From IMG/VR virus record IMGVR_UViG_3300023060_000001, positions 32,001 to 96,000 of that record: DNA of 64,000 nucleotides, one strand, 5' to 3'. Shown piece by piece: positions 9,057 through 19,111 of this stretch (its first letter is position 1; every line of letters starts with the position of its first letter). The stretch comes from a virus. Lineage: Duplodnaviria; Caudoviricetes. Below the pieces are notes generated by a model. The model had not been told where the DNA came from, searched no databases, and saw nothing but the letters and a program-made list of their open reading frames with translations. Both the position numbers and the translations under genes were made by a program.

Positions 9057-10498
9057 ATTCCGTGTAATGACTTTTGGTATTCTTGTTGTAAGATATCCTT
9101 TATCTTATTGTAATCTGTGTGACTGTAACATTCTGTCCAACCATCACTGAATTTTTCTCTGTCAACTGTAACTCTATCGAACAAGGGTTTCAACAAAGCT
9201 TCAATTGCAGGAGGAGTTTCTCCATTTTCGAAATGATACTCGTCTAGAATAACACCTTCGTAATCTGTACTATTTCTACTTTGATTTTCTAATCGGGTAA
9301 TAGCACCAAGATTGGTTATACCTACTTTTAGAAAACTGGGTTCACCTGTTAAAGTGTTCAACCACATAGAAATGTAAATACTTCCTGCAAGGTGAGATTT
9401 GTAACCATTAGCTTTGCAACAAGGGCAACCTTTACCTAGTCTTACGTTACTATAAGCAATAGGAAATGGTTTATTAGTAACAGGACAAATAAAATCTATA
9501 GGGGTGTTTGACCCAACATAGTCTCCGATCCTTTTGTAAAGTATACCTTTTGCTTTTAATTCAGCATCCACTTCTTCATTGGTCAATCTTTGCCTTTCAC
9601 CAGAAAGTTTAAAACTACATTTTGAACAGAAGTGCCTCTTTAGATGGAGATTTGCTGTACCCATAGGAACAAGACCGTGTTCTTCACAAAACACTTTAAC
9701 AGATTTATTATGGTAATCTTCTTGAGTTATATGTTCTGTAGGGTAGCCTAAATCTTCCACTCTAGATAGGAACTCTTTATAAAACCTTTCTTTTGTTTTG
9801 GACTTTTTGATACACCCACAAGAGGATTTATGTATCTGAGTGGCTTCTTTTATAAAGTAAATCTTATTTTTACACTTGCATTCCACAAAGTAACCTTCCA
9901 CCCCTTCTCTAGATAAACCTCTACCTAAGATTAAATTTCCATTTACCAAATCTCCAGAATAATATTTTAAACGCCTACCTTCTTCAGGTAAAAATTCTAT
10001 ATCTTCTAATTGATAAAACCTATCTACTCTTGTGTGGTCTCTTTCTTTAAAGGTTTTTAATCTTTGCTTTTGGGCACAAACTTGGCATCCATTACCGTGT
10101 TGGTGGTGATCTGCTACAATAGGGAAATAATCTTTACATGCATTACAAAACACTTGAATAGTATCTCTTACACCGTTTAAAGATGTAACTTTATTATAAT
10201 TATACTTATCGCCGTGGAGGGATTTACATTTGTGGATAAAGTATTCTACTTTTAAAAGTCTTTTGTTTACTCGTCTAGCTTCGTTACACTGCCTACAAGG
10301 AGTGACAGCTTTAGAAAATATATCTTTATACCCTACGGTATTTACCACTCCATGAGTTTGGCAAGTGACTTGTAGCTTTTTGTCAAGCCATTTATAAATA
10401 TCCATATTGTACAGAGGGTACTCTGGGAAAGCATTTTCATACTTTTGTAAAAACTTCTTGTATCTGGTAGGGTGATTGTGTAATAATTCTCTCTTCAA
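9053..10498 (-). CDS. Free-standing homing endonuclease (repeated CxxHG/CxxC zinc modules, C-terminal GIY-YIG-like/T5orf172-like domain)
   Basis: Repeats such as CQTHG, CEEHG and GCPCC; GSIYI..FLKVGIT..RL..DGWTECY. Confidence 0.75.
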   Translation of the reverse strand: MKRELLHNHPTRYKKFLQKYENAFPEYPLYNMDIYKWLDKKLQVTCQTHGVVNTVGYKDIFSKAVTPCRQCNEARRVNKRLLKVEYFIHKCKSLHGDKYNYNKVTSLNGVRDTIQVFCNACKDYFPIVADHHQHGNGCQVCAQKQRLKTFKERDHTRVDRFYQLEDIEFLPEEGRRLKYYSGDLVNGNLILGRGLSREGVEGYFVECKCKNKIYFIKEATQIHKSSCGCIKKSKTKERFYKEFLSRVEDLGYPTEHITQEDYHNKSVKVFCEEHGLVPMGTANLHLKRHFCSKCSFKLSGERQRLTNEEVDAELKAKGILYKRIGDYVGSNTPIDFICPVTNKPFPIAYSNVRLGKGCPCCKANGYKSHLAGSIYISMWLNTLTGEPSFLKVGITNLGAITRLENQSRNSTDYEGVILDEYHFENGETPPAIEALLKPLFDRVTVDREKFSDGWTECYSHTDYNKIKDILQQEYQKSLHGM

Positions 10499-10506
10499 AA
10501 CTTAGA

Positions 10507-10580
10507 TTCTCCTTTTAGTAATACACTTTTAATCTTATATAGTATACTATTAAAAGGAGAAGCACAAGGCTTCTCTCTTT
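10507..10580 (-). promoter_or_regulatory. Capsid terminator overlapping a promoter and an RBS-sequestering hairpin for the endonuclease gene
   Basis: Terminator 10553-10580; TTGTGC-N17-TACTAT; 10545-10561 is an inverted repeat of 10507-10523, which holds the RBS. Confidence 0.65.
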
Positions 10581-10612
10581 AAAAATGTTTAATCGATTTT
10601 TTCAATCGTTTA

Positions 10613-11653
10613 TTAAACTGTGAACGAATATCTTGCGATTAACTGATCTTGTGTCACACAGGCTACTAGTGACGATTCCGATTCTATCACTTCTTTACGC
10701 TCATCACCTTTAATGAAAAGGTAACCATCTGAGATAGCTTCTTCACGATTTGCGCCAGCAATAGTATCTGAATGACCGTATACTAGTTTAAACATGTCAT
10801 CCATGCCGCGAGGGAAGATATAACCCTTGTTAGCTTCAACTTCACCACTTACGTCTTCAAGGTAAGTGATACCCTGCCAGCGAAGAACACGACCCGTAGA
10901 AAGACCACCTAAACGTTGACGTAAAGGCTCTTCTTGTGATGCGTAGTTAGCAAATGCTTCAACGTAATCAGTGTGGTTCTTAAGTGCTGTGAAAGCATCA
11001 GTACCAAGGATAGCTACGATTTCATAGTTATCACCTAAATCACCAGCTTTAGCAAATACATGCTTACGAACTTTTTCAAATTCATCTGCTGGGTTACTTG
11101 CTTGATCAGTTAAGTCGTAAGTTGCTGTACCACCTGCTGTACCATTATACATATCAGCATTTGGAATTTCAAACATTGACTGGAATGAACGTTGTAAGTT
11201 AGGACGAGGGTTGCCATTTGCATCTACTGCATAAGTAGAACCTTTAAGTGCTTGGTACATAACTTTCTGGTGAAGTTTAGCATGAGACTTTTGGATACGT
11301 GCGATAACACGAGCAGCTTTTGAGCGAACTGTTTCAGGATCTTGTGCTGTAGCAAACTCACGAAGAGATTGTACATCTTTTGGCTTGATAATTTTATCTA
11401 ATGTGAAGAATGGTAATTCAACCCACGCTGTACGCGCTTCATCTTCACCAGCTACTTGACGGTCTGCACCACGAGCAACTGAATACATGTTATCCATACC
11501 AGAAACGATACGTTCAAATGCAACAACACTCTCATCAGAATATTCTACATCGAATAAATCCATCTTCTCAAGCATGTTCTCAACACGTGGTACAAGTGTC
11601 ATTAGCGGTGTAAAGTTCTGTAAACCTTGATCACCTAAGCGTAAATCTGCCAT
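10613..11653 (-). CDS. Major capsid protein (lambda E-like family)
   Basis: 346 aa, downstream of the protease and decoration genes, highly expressed codon bias, VARGADR..LPFF..D.I.P.DVQ motif. Confidence 0.9.
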   Translation of the reverse strand: MADLRLGDQGLQNFTPLMTLVPRVENMLEKMDLFDVEYSDESVVAFERIVSGMDNMYSVARGADRQVAGEDEARTAWVELPFFTLDKIIKPKDVQSLREFATAQDPETVRSKAARVIARIQKSHAKLHQKVMYQALKGSTYAVDANGNPRPNLQRSFQSMFEIPNADMYNGTAGGTATYDLTDQASNPADEFEKVRKHVFAKAGDLGDNYEIVAILGTDAFTALKNHTDYVEAFANYASQEEPLRQRLGGLSTGRVLRWQGITYLEDVSGEVEANKGYIFPRGMDDMFKLVYGHSDTIAGANREEAISDGYLFIKGDERKEVIESESSLVACVTQDQLIARYSFTV

Positions 11654-11686
11654 TATATTTTTCCTTTTATTCTTATTATTTGAGGA

Positions 11687-12052
11687 TTAAGCTGAAACTT
11701 CTTGAGAAGCTTGAGTCTTTTTACCGAAAGTTGTAAGTTGAGTACCAGTTAGTGGAGTAGAACCTAGTTTAAGTTCTTCAGCGCGGAAGATAACCCAATC
11801 AAGTTCAGCAACAGCACGAATTGTAGCTTCGTCACCAGTAGCAACAGCGTCAATTAAATGATCATCAATTACATAAGCAACAGCAGATGCAAGGTCAGCT
11901 TCTACAGCTTCTGTGAAGTCAGCTTTAAGCAAAGTACCATTTGTCATAGTTGCAGTTTTAGTAACTTGCAGAGTAGTGTTGATCATTGCATCGCCAGTAC
12001 CTTCACCTTGAAGAGCACGTAATACAACTTGGTTACGAGATAATGTAGCCAT
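11687..12052 (-). CDS. Head decoration protein
   Basis: Size and position between protease and capsid genes. Confidence 0.7.
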   Translation of the reverse strand: MATLSRNQVVLRALQGEGTGDAMINTTLQVTKTATMTNGTLLKADFTEAVEADLASAVAYVIDDHLIDAVATGDEATIRAVAELDWVIFRAEELKLGSTPLTGTQLTTFGKKTQASQEVSA

Positions 12053-12099
12053 TATATTTTTCCTTTATTTATAATTATTATGTTCTGCTAATGCAGGGA

Positions 12100-12636
12100 T
12101 TACTTGTTAGCGTTTAACTTTTTAAGGTTAATTGCTAGTTGCTCTTCGATACTTAATGATGTAGTATCTGTTTGAGGTAATGCTTCTTCAGTAGTTTGAG
12201 GAGCAGCACCAAATTCTTCTTGAATAGTATTCATTTCAGCTTTAAGTGATTCTTCTTTAGCTGAGAACTCTGATTGAGCGGTAGCAAGTGCAGAAGTAGC
12301 TTCTTCAACTTTACCAGTTAACTCATTAACAGCCATATCAGCAGAAGCGATAACAGTGTTTAAAAGCTCTTTATATGTACCAGATACTTCATCAGAAAGT
12401 AATACTGACACTAAAGACTCTTTACAATCAGCAGCCCATGCGCTAGAATCTAATTTAGCTTCAAGTGCTTCTTTTGCAGCAAGTGCTTCTTTAGCTTTAT
12501 AATTTGCCAATTCTGTAGAAGCTTGTTCTTTTTCTGCTTCAAGAGCGGCTAGTTTTGTTTGAAGTGTTTCAAGTTCTTGAAGTTGAGCTAACTGTGCAGC
12601 ATCAACACTAGAAGCTTGCTCTGTGTTCTTCGACAT
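12100..12636 (-). CDS. Nested in-frame scaffold protein (MSKNTEQ...)
   Basis: Internal GAGGAA RBS before the in-frame ATG at 12636, as in lambda C/Nu3. Confidence 0.55.
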   Translation of the reverse strand: MSKNTEQASSVDAAQLAQLQELETLQTKLAALEAEKEQASTELANYKAKEALAAKEALEAKLDSSAWAADCKESLVSVLLSDEVSGTYKELLNTVIASADMAVNELTGKVEEATSALATAQSEFSAKEESLKAEMNTIQEEFGAAPQTTEEALPQTDTTSLSIEEQLAINLKKLNANK

Positions 12637-13557
12637 TAAGATTTCCTCATCAGTCTTAGTTAATTTTGCAGCTACTTGTGTAGTGCCTTGTGTTTGCTCA
12701 TAAGGGGCAGAATAGCCACCTAGGTAAGCTTGGAATTCATCTTCTTCCATGACTTTATCGATTAAACCTAGTTGTAAAGCTTTTTCTGCTTTGAACATTC
12801 TGGCTTGAGTATCACGGACAGTTTGAACAGGGATGTTACGCATATTAGCTACGTGGTTGGTAAACTTGATGTAAAGGTCATCTACACTTTCCTGCAAGTC
12901 TTCTAAGAAACCTTTACGGAAGCTACCATCATCTTCAAATGGAACCTTTTCGCTACCAGCAGTAATGAATGTACGTTCAATACCTTCTTTCTCAAGTTGC
13001 TTACTGTTATTAGCAAGAGAAATAACCACACCAATTGAACCAGCTTCTGATTCTGGATTAGCAATCAACTCGTGACAAGCTGCAGCCAAACCCATACCAG
13101 CGGACGCTGCCATACCATCAATATAACCTATTAAACGAATTTTATTATCGTCTGCAATCTTACGTAATTGGTTTGCAGTGAAAATCATTCGGTATGCCTG
13201 ACCGCCACCGCTGTCTAGTTTCATCAATACTGTTTTAACACCCTCGTCTGCAAACTCTTGCATTTGAGAAAGTAAACTTGTGTAACTACAACCACCACAT
13301 AAAGCTTCAAAACCATTTGGTTTATAAGTTGTCGGACCTTCTACTCGAAGAATACCAATATCTTCCGAAATGTTTAGATACTCTTTACCTTCATTGAAAT
13401 CCTCTGATAAAAGAAGTTCTTCTTTATACGTATTAAGGTTTTCTCTGTTTTCAAGAACTTCTGATATTTCTCGGAATTTAGATTCTAATATGAGTTGAGG
13501 TTTTTCTAGGATTGATTTACTAAAGCGGGGGAGTTGATGAGCTTTCTTTTTAGCCAT
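12100..13557 (-). CDS. Prohead protease (peptidase S49) fused to scaffold
   Basis: DSGGG, MAASA and GSIGV motifs; coiled-coil C-terminus. Confidence 0.9.
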   Translation of the reverse strand: MAKKKAHQLPRFSKSILEKPQLILESKFREISEVLENRENLNTYKEELLLSEDFNEGKEYLNISEDIGILRVEGPTTYKPNGFEALCGGCSYTSLLSQMQEFADEGVKTVLMKLDSGGGQAYRMIFTANQLRKIADDNKIRLIGYIDGMAASAGMGLAAACHELIANPESEAGSIGVVISLANNSKQLEKEGIERTFITAGSEKVPFEDDGSFRKGFLEDLQESVDDLYIKFTNHVANMRNIPVQTVRDTQARMFKAEKALQLGLIDKVMEEDEFQAYLGGYSAPYEQTQGTTQVAAKLTKTDEEILMSKNTEQASSVDAAQLAQLQELETLQTKLAALEAEKEQASTELANYKAKEALAAKEALEAKLDSSAWAADCKESLVSVLLSDEVSGTYKELLNTVIASADMAVNELTGKVEEATSALATAQSEFSAKEESLKAEMNTIQEEFGAAPQTTEEALPQTDTTSLSIEEQLAINLKKLNANK

Positions 13558-13672
13558 TACTCTTCCTTTTTATTATTAGTGGAGACAAAGCAATTAATAA
13601 GAATTAATCCACTCTATCTCCTTTATTGTTACATTATAACATAGCATTGCAAATAACACAACACTTAACATA

Positions 13673-14200
13673 TTACGCCGCATTTTCATTGTTAACATCT
13701 GAGTTATCTTGTGAATTACCCCCAGATCCTGATGTACCACCATTATCTTCTCCTTGCTTATCCTGTATGTCGAAAAGCATCTCTCTTAACTCTTCTACAG
13801 GTGTATCAATTGGAACACGGTAATCAACGTCCATCATATCGAGAACATAGTTTATAACGTCTGGATGTGCTGGAAGTATACTCTTTGTACGTGAAACAAG
13901 CTTACCTGCCTCATCAGCAGAAATCTTCTGAACATTACCCGCTTTCCACTTAGGCATGTCCGAAGCTTTATAATCCCAGTTGTTAAGTTTCATCAACTTA
14001 GGGAAAATCTGCTTATTCCACATATCATCTATGATCATAGTATCTAGTTCAACAAAGTGTGCTTGGATGGAAGATTGACCTTCTAAAAGGTTGTAACTTC
14101 CGCCACCGTTTTCACCTGACAACATATTCTGACATGCGAAACAGTTGTAGATTGCACGTTTACGTTGCTCAACTAATTCTACTATATCGAAATTTTTACC
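13673..14200 (-). CDS. Portal protein, exon 2 (GKNFDIVELVEQRKRAI...); spliced product 516 aa
   Basis: In frame with exon 1 after removing 14201-15255. Confidence 0.85.
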   Translation of the reverse strand, partial: GKNFDIVELVEQRKRAIYNCFACQNMLSGENGGGSYNLLEGQSSIQAHFVELDTMIIDDMWNKQIFPKLMKLNNWDYKASDMPKWKAGNVQKISADEAGKLVSRTKSILPAHPDVINYVLDMMDVDYRVPIDTPVEELREMLFDIQDKQGEDNGGTSGSGGNSQDNSDVNNENAA

Positions 14201-15255
14201 CTTAGATCTTCAATAACTGACGCAACTCAATTACCCGTCTTTTTAAGACTGCTCTATATCTCTATAGAAGTTGGGACTATATCTTCACCCTATTTCATAG
14301 GGGCTTACCATTTCCACAACCATCAGCTTGTTGTGTACTCCCTTTCGGGATAGTCTCTGAAGGTTTAACTACAAATTAAAAATAAAGATCGGAAATATCT
14401 TTGTAAGAAGTTTTCCTTCTTATATTTTTAATTAAAATTTTGTTTACTTTATCACTTTCTAAGGAAGATATTATTTCAGAAGAAGATTTACCTTCTGAAA
14501 TTAGCTTGCAAACTTCGTGAAGAATATCGTCAGGAACTTTCCTTCTTTCAAATTTCTTCATATTATACTGAGAAGTTATTTCAACCCTCTGCTTACCTGC
14601 TTTAATATTCTTCACGTAACCCTTAGAGATATCATACTTATTAGCTACATCTACATTTCTCATACCTTCTTGAAGGTCTTTACATATAGAGTGCATGGTT
14701 TCGTCTGGTATAGTAGATAGGTTTGAATCTTCCCCAAAAACTCCGTTAAATACTAGTCTGCCGTTAATAGCAGCCTGTTTAGAGTTATGAGAATAAGTAC
14801 ACCATTCTAGGTTATCCACATCATTGTTAAGTTTATCATGGTCTATGTGGTTTATTACAGGAAGATTATCTGGATTGGTTAACCAAATAAAACCTACTAA
14901 CCTATGGACTAAAACTATCTTATTAGTGGTAGTGTTTCTAAAGGCTTTGTACCCATGTGTTCCTATGTGAACTTTAACTATCTTACCTGTTTCAAGGTTT
15001 TTAATAAAAGACCCATCTCTATTGCAAGCGTAAGGGTATTGTTCTTCATTAGTTCTTAAAGTATTCAAAATTTTTCCTCTTTAGTTGTTCACCAGAGGAA
15101 GAGTAGTTACTTCCCTGCTGATTGTCTCTATGTTGATTATTTTTACAGGTCGCCATCATATCACTATATGGTATTGTAAATCAACCCTTGCGAGAGTTCC
15201 CAGCAATTAAATAAGTACTTTGCATATATTACTATATACAGAGGCAGTGTAATTT
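14201..15255 (-). mobile_element. Group I intron in the portal gene, carrying an HNH homing endonuclease
   Basis: P1 GGAGGU/GCCUCU; P AAUUGCUGGGAA; Q AAUCAGCAGG; R CUUCAGAGACUA; S GAAGAUAUAGUCC; terminal G at 14201. Confidence 0.92.
14376..15068 (-). CDS. Intron-encoded HNH homing endonuclease
   Basis: VHRLV..INHIDHDKLNNDVDNLEWCT..N; located between the Q and R elements. Confidence 0.9.
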   Translation of the reverse strand: MNTLRTNEEQYPYACNRDGSFIKNLETGKIVKVHIGTHGYKAFRNTTTNKIVLVHRLVGFIWLTNPDNLPVINHIDHDKLNNDVDNLEWCTYSHNSKQAAINGRLVFNGVFGEDSNLSTIPDETMHSICKDLQEGMRNVDVANKYDISKGYVKNIKAGKQRVEITSQYNMKKFERRKVPDDILHEVCKLISEGKSSSEIISSLESDKVNKILIKNIRRKTSYKDISDLYF

Positions 15256-16278
15256 ACCTCCTTCAATCCCTAAGAATTGAAGTTTAAACTGTGCAGCACC
15301 AGAACCATTTTCAGAATGCGTATCTGTTGGAAGAACGCAATAACTTTGATCACCAGCATGTAAGTTAGCAAGGTTATCTTTTAATTGTTCAACCATTCGA
15401 GCTTCTGGTCCAGTTGGATTATCAGATGCCGCAGCTAACAATGAACTTGGAGCACCAAGAACAGGCATACCAGCCATATCCTTCTGAACACCAATCAATG
15501 TTAAATCTTGTAAAAGTTGTTTTTCTTTCCAAGGGATGTAAGCTGAATCAAATACTGAAATGCCAGCAGGTTGTGTTGGAGTAGATGAATATGAACAATA
15601 AGCCACTCGGTTAAATGGTATAGTTTGTACGCCAGAGTTCCCCTTGAATCCATTGAATCCTATTGAACGAACACCATCCACACCTTCAAAAGCGGATTGC
15701 GATTGATTCAAAGAGGTTATTCTATCTCCCTTAGGTGTAGTTGCCCAAGGAGTGATCTTATCTAAAGTGAGAGGATGAATATAAGCAAGTTTTTTAAGCT
15801 TCCATTTATCATTCCATTCTGCATCACCATTTTCAAACACCATCTCAAAAGGAGACCATCCATCACGGATCATTGCAGCAGAGCACATACCTACTACTAA
15901 AGGAGTTTGTCCAAATAGGTTTTCCATGTTATATTCAAGGAACTCTTTGATGCGAAGTGATTCTTCCGAGTTTACATCATATTTGAATTTACCTTTAGCT
16001 TGAGCTTTTGCAACAGCCATACTTCTTGCAGAAAAACAAGTAGCGATTGCATCATCGTTTAACATTTGTTGGTAAGTGGTTAGTCGTTGCGTTCGACTGA
16101 GTTCCCAAGGTTTAAGGATATCAATTTGACGCTTGACAAACTCTATTGCTGCAGTGGATAATTGTTTATTAGCGGAACGTTGTTCCCTTGTGGTGCTAGG
16201 AGGGGAATTATCACTTTTCGCCATTCTAGTGTTTGCGTAGGATTGTTTCTTTCTACTACGCCTACTCTTTTTAGCCAT
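15256..16278 (-). CDS. Portal protein, exon 1
   Basis: DUF935-type portal features downstream of terL; ends ...FLGIEGG at the 5' splice site. Confidence 0.85.
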
Positions 16279-16423
16279 GTTTACTCCTGTTGGAAAAGGA
16301 GAACATTTCTCCTAAATGTAGATGTTTCCGCAATGTTATATTATTACGGAAACTTTATTAATTCTTGTTATAAGAGATATTATAACACAAGGGGATTATT
16401 TTGGCAACAGAACCCACTTCCCG

Positions 16424-19054
16424 TCATCGGATAGACTTGCGGTAAGATGTGTATGCTGTTGGGGAGGTGGTGTCTGGGAGGCTGTAGGCGCGGATTATAC
16501 GGTGTTCTCTTAAAGTAAGGTAACAATCACTGACACAATCTACAAAGTCATCCTTCTTAGTTCGGGTTGACCTCTCTCCTGTAAAATCCTCTAATTCTCT
16601 AATAAATGCGTTGTATGTTGCTTTATTGGGAAAAGTATTTTCTACTATGTGAACTATACCATTTTCAGCAGCCGAACAGAAAGTCAAAAATTTCTTCAAT
16701 TTACCTTGTGCTTGTGTACCTACCTTAGCGGTCTTAACTAGGAATCCATTATCTAAAAACATCTTCTTAAGCTGTTCTTCTTCCCCCTTACCTGCACCTG
16801 ATTCACTTGGGATAACTACTGTACAGTCGGCACCATCGTGTTGTGCTTGAAGTAACATCCATTCATCCCTAGTACCTACTCTTTTTCTAAACCTCCCGTA
16901 TATTACATCTTCCCCTTTCTTAAAGTCATCGTGTAGGGTTTCATCCCACTCCCCTGTTATATAATATTCTCCCTTAGAACATTTATACATTTTAACGCTT
17001 GCAGTATAATCGGGTTGTGATTTTATATTATCAGAGTAAGCCTTATCCCAAGCCCTTACACAAATAGACCCTTCTGGAACTTCATCGGCCTTCTTTAAGA
17101 AGCTTTCTAGAAAGTAGCTCTCCCCTTTTGGCTTGGCGTACCAGTTTCCATAAAGTTGAGTTGAACGTTCATGATCTGGGAGGTTATTCAATTCCGACAA
17201 ATACTGTGGGTTACTCTTCAATCCTATCTCATTATCAAATATACTGAAAAAATAGAATGTAAATCTTTTAGGAGGTACATACCTTATAGAACCATCAGGA
17301 AAGGTAACGTTAACTGTTTCTGGGTGGTTATCTTTAAAGAATTGTTCGTCAGGTCCAAACACAGGTTCGTCGTCTTTAACTACATACCACCTAATTTCCC
17401 CGCATTTTTCTATATCAGGGAAACCTGTTTCCTTATCCAAGTAATAATCTACAAACTTCATACACCAAGATGAATTGTCAGGGTTTAAAGTTCCTACCAT
17501 AAAACTATTCATATCTGCCTCAGATCTTAAACAAGTCATGAGCATTTTGGCTTGGTCCCAAGTAAATTGATTTATTTCATCGAAATATACTGCAGAGTAC
17601 CCTTTTCCTCGGTGGCTTTCTTCATCCCCCTCGTGGTACATGTGCCTATATAATGATTTAGACCCTGAAGGGAAAGTCCAAGATTTATCTGACTTATTAG
17701 GTATTGCTCCGAAATGAGTGTACTGGTTTTCTCCTTTCTCCCATAATCCATTAGCCCCCATTATCTCATCATAGCTTCTACGAAACTTTATACTTCTGTA
17801 TTTAGGGTCGTGGGCGAAAAGTAAGTCCATCATAGATATTAGTTCGGTGTTGTGGGTAACTATAAAATCATCTGTTAAGTATAATCTATTTGGATTATCT
17901 ACTCCTATACAAGCACCATCACATGTTCTGGAGAAGGTTATGGATTTCACAACTCTGAATAATCTTTTACCCCTATCTTTAAGTCTGGATAATTTTCTTT
18001 CTAATCTGAAGGGCTTTATCTCGTAAGGTAACCTTATATACAACTTATAAACTTCCTTGCAAAAGGTACGTACACCTTCTTTCTTATAAGACCCTTGTTT
18101 CGATGTTATAGTCGCTAGTCCTCCTAAACTTTGGACTAAATCTTTTATATCTTGAGCTAGAACTTTACTGGTCGTATCATAATATAATTTTCCCTCTTTA
18201 GATATATACCCGTCACTGTCCATTAAACCTTGAAGAAGATTCTCCCTCTCCTCAAGAGAAATAAATTTATATTTTTCAGGTAAAAATTTAGTATTAGAGT
18301 ATGTTCCTGCTAACCCTAACTTACGTAAAGATTTCAATATATTCTCTTTTTCAGGGGAGTGGTTTATGTGTACATCTATTTCTGTGTGAGTAGTAAATTT
18401 ATAACCTAATTCTAATAAAGCTTTATCTATTTCATTATCCGAAGGATCTCTTGTTATCCTTAATATGTTTTTAGATAAACATTGGGATAGGCATCCATCG
18501 CCTAACAGATAACCTAGAAGGTAAGGATCAATATCTATTTTATATTGTGTCTCATAAATTACAGGTTTTGTCACTGGTATCTTGGTCTTATACCCTTTTT
18601 CTAGCCAACCCATTAATTCTTTTGTAGTAAGAACCTTAGCTCTTACAGGAAACAGGTTTTGATCTTCTCTATAAACCCCTCCTTTTTTTAAACGTCTCTC
18701 TGTTTTATTTGGTTGGTGACCTTTCCAAGCTACCCATAAGTGCTCTAAACCTGCCTCGCAAGAGCTACCGTCCTCAAATTCTATTTTATAAAAATCCCAA
18801 TCTTTATGAGGGTACACCTTCTTTACACTCTGCCTATACCCTTCGGGGTTTAATATTATATCGCCCTCTTCAATACAACCATGAGTTTTATTACCAAAGG
18901 GTGTTTTTATCTCTGCGTCAAAAGGCATTACTTTGCCTCCGAACCTGCTGCCGCCTATAAGACAGAAATCAACCTCTTGATTTTTAATCATTTTAAATAA
19001 TTCTTCTTGACGGCCTTTTTGAGGTCTTACATCCTTACTACTATTATAAGCCAT
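16424..19054 (-). CDS. terL: Terminase large subunit containing an intein
   Basis: Walker A GGSRFGGK/T split by the intein; Walker B YFDE; nuclease motifs RAWDKA and DDFVD. Confidence 0.93.
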   Translation of the reverse strand: MAYNSSKDVRPQKGRQEELFKMIKNQEVDFCLIGGSRFGGKVMPFDAEIKTPFGNKTHGCIEEGDIILNPEGYRQSVKKVYPHKDWDFYKIEFEDGSSCEAGLEHLWVAWKGHQPNKTERRLKKGGVYREDQNLFPVRAKVLTTKELMGWLEKGYKTKIPVTKPVIYETQYKIDIDPYLLGYLLGDGCLSQCLSKNILRITRDPSDNEIDKALLELGYKFTTHTEIDVHINHSPEKENILKSLRKLGLAGTYSNTKFLPEKYKFISLEERENLLQGLMDSDGYISKEGKLYYDTTSKVLAQDIKDLVQSLGGLATITSKQGSYKKEGVRTFCKEVYKLYIRLPYEIKPFRLERKLSRLKDRGKRLFRVVKSITFSRTCDGACIGVDNPNRLYLTDDFIVTHNTELISMMDLLFAHDPKYRSIKFRRSYDEIMGANGLWEKGENQYTHFGAIPNKSDKSWTFPSGSKSLYRHMYHEGDEESHRGKGYSAVYFDEINQFTWDQAKMLMTCLRSEADMNSFMVGTLNPDNSSWCMKFVDYYLDKETGFPDIEKCGEIRWYVVKDDEPVFGPDEQFFKDNHPETVNVTFPDGSIRYVPPKRFTFYFFSIFDNEIGLKSNPQYLSELNNLPDHERSTQLYGNWYAKPKGESYFLESFLKKADEVPEGSICVRAWDKAYSDNIKSQPDYTASVKMYKCSKGEYYITGEWDETLHDDFKKGEDVIYGRFRKRVGTRDEWMLLQAQHDGADCTVVIPSESGAGKGEEEQLKKMFLDNGFLVKTAKVGTQAQGKLKKFLTFCSAAENGIVHIVENTFPNKATYNAFIRELEDFTGERSTRTKKDDFVDCVSDCYLTLREHRIIRAYSLPDTTSPTAYTSYRKSIR
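17849..18931 (-). mobile_element. Class 3 intein (361 aa) with a LAGLIDADG endonuclease, inserted in the TerL P-loop
   Basis: Starts VMPFDAEIKTP and ends IVTHN/T; LLGYLLGDG and LQGLMDSDG motifs; Trp (EHLW), Cys (GACIGV) and Thr (VTHN) triplet. Confidence 0.88.
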
Positions 19055-19111
19055 TAAATACTCCTAAAACTATCACCATTTACCCAATACTACCACACCC
19101 CTCTCACAATG

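Noticed and set aside
13673-16278. Portal as two genes or a pseudogene
   Set aside because: Explained by an intact group I intron with in-frame exons.
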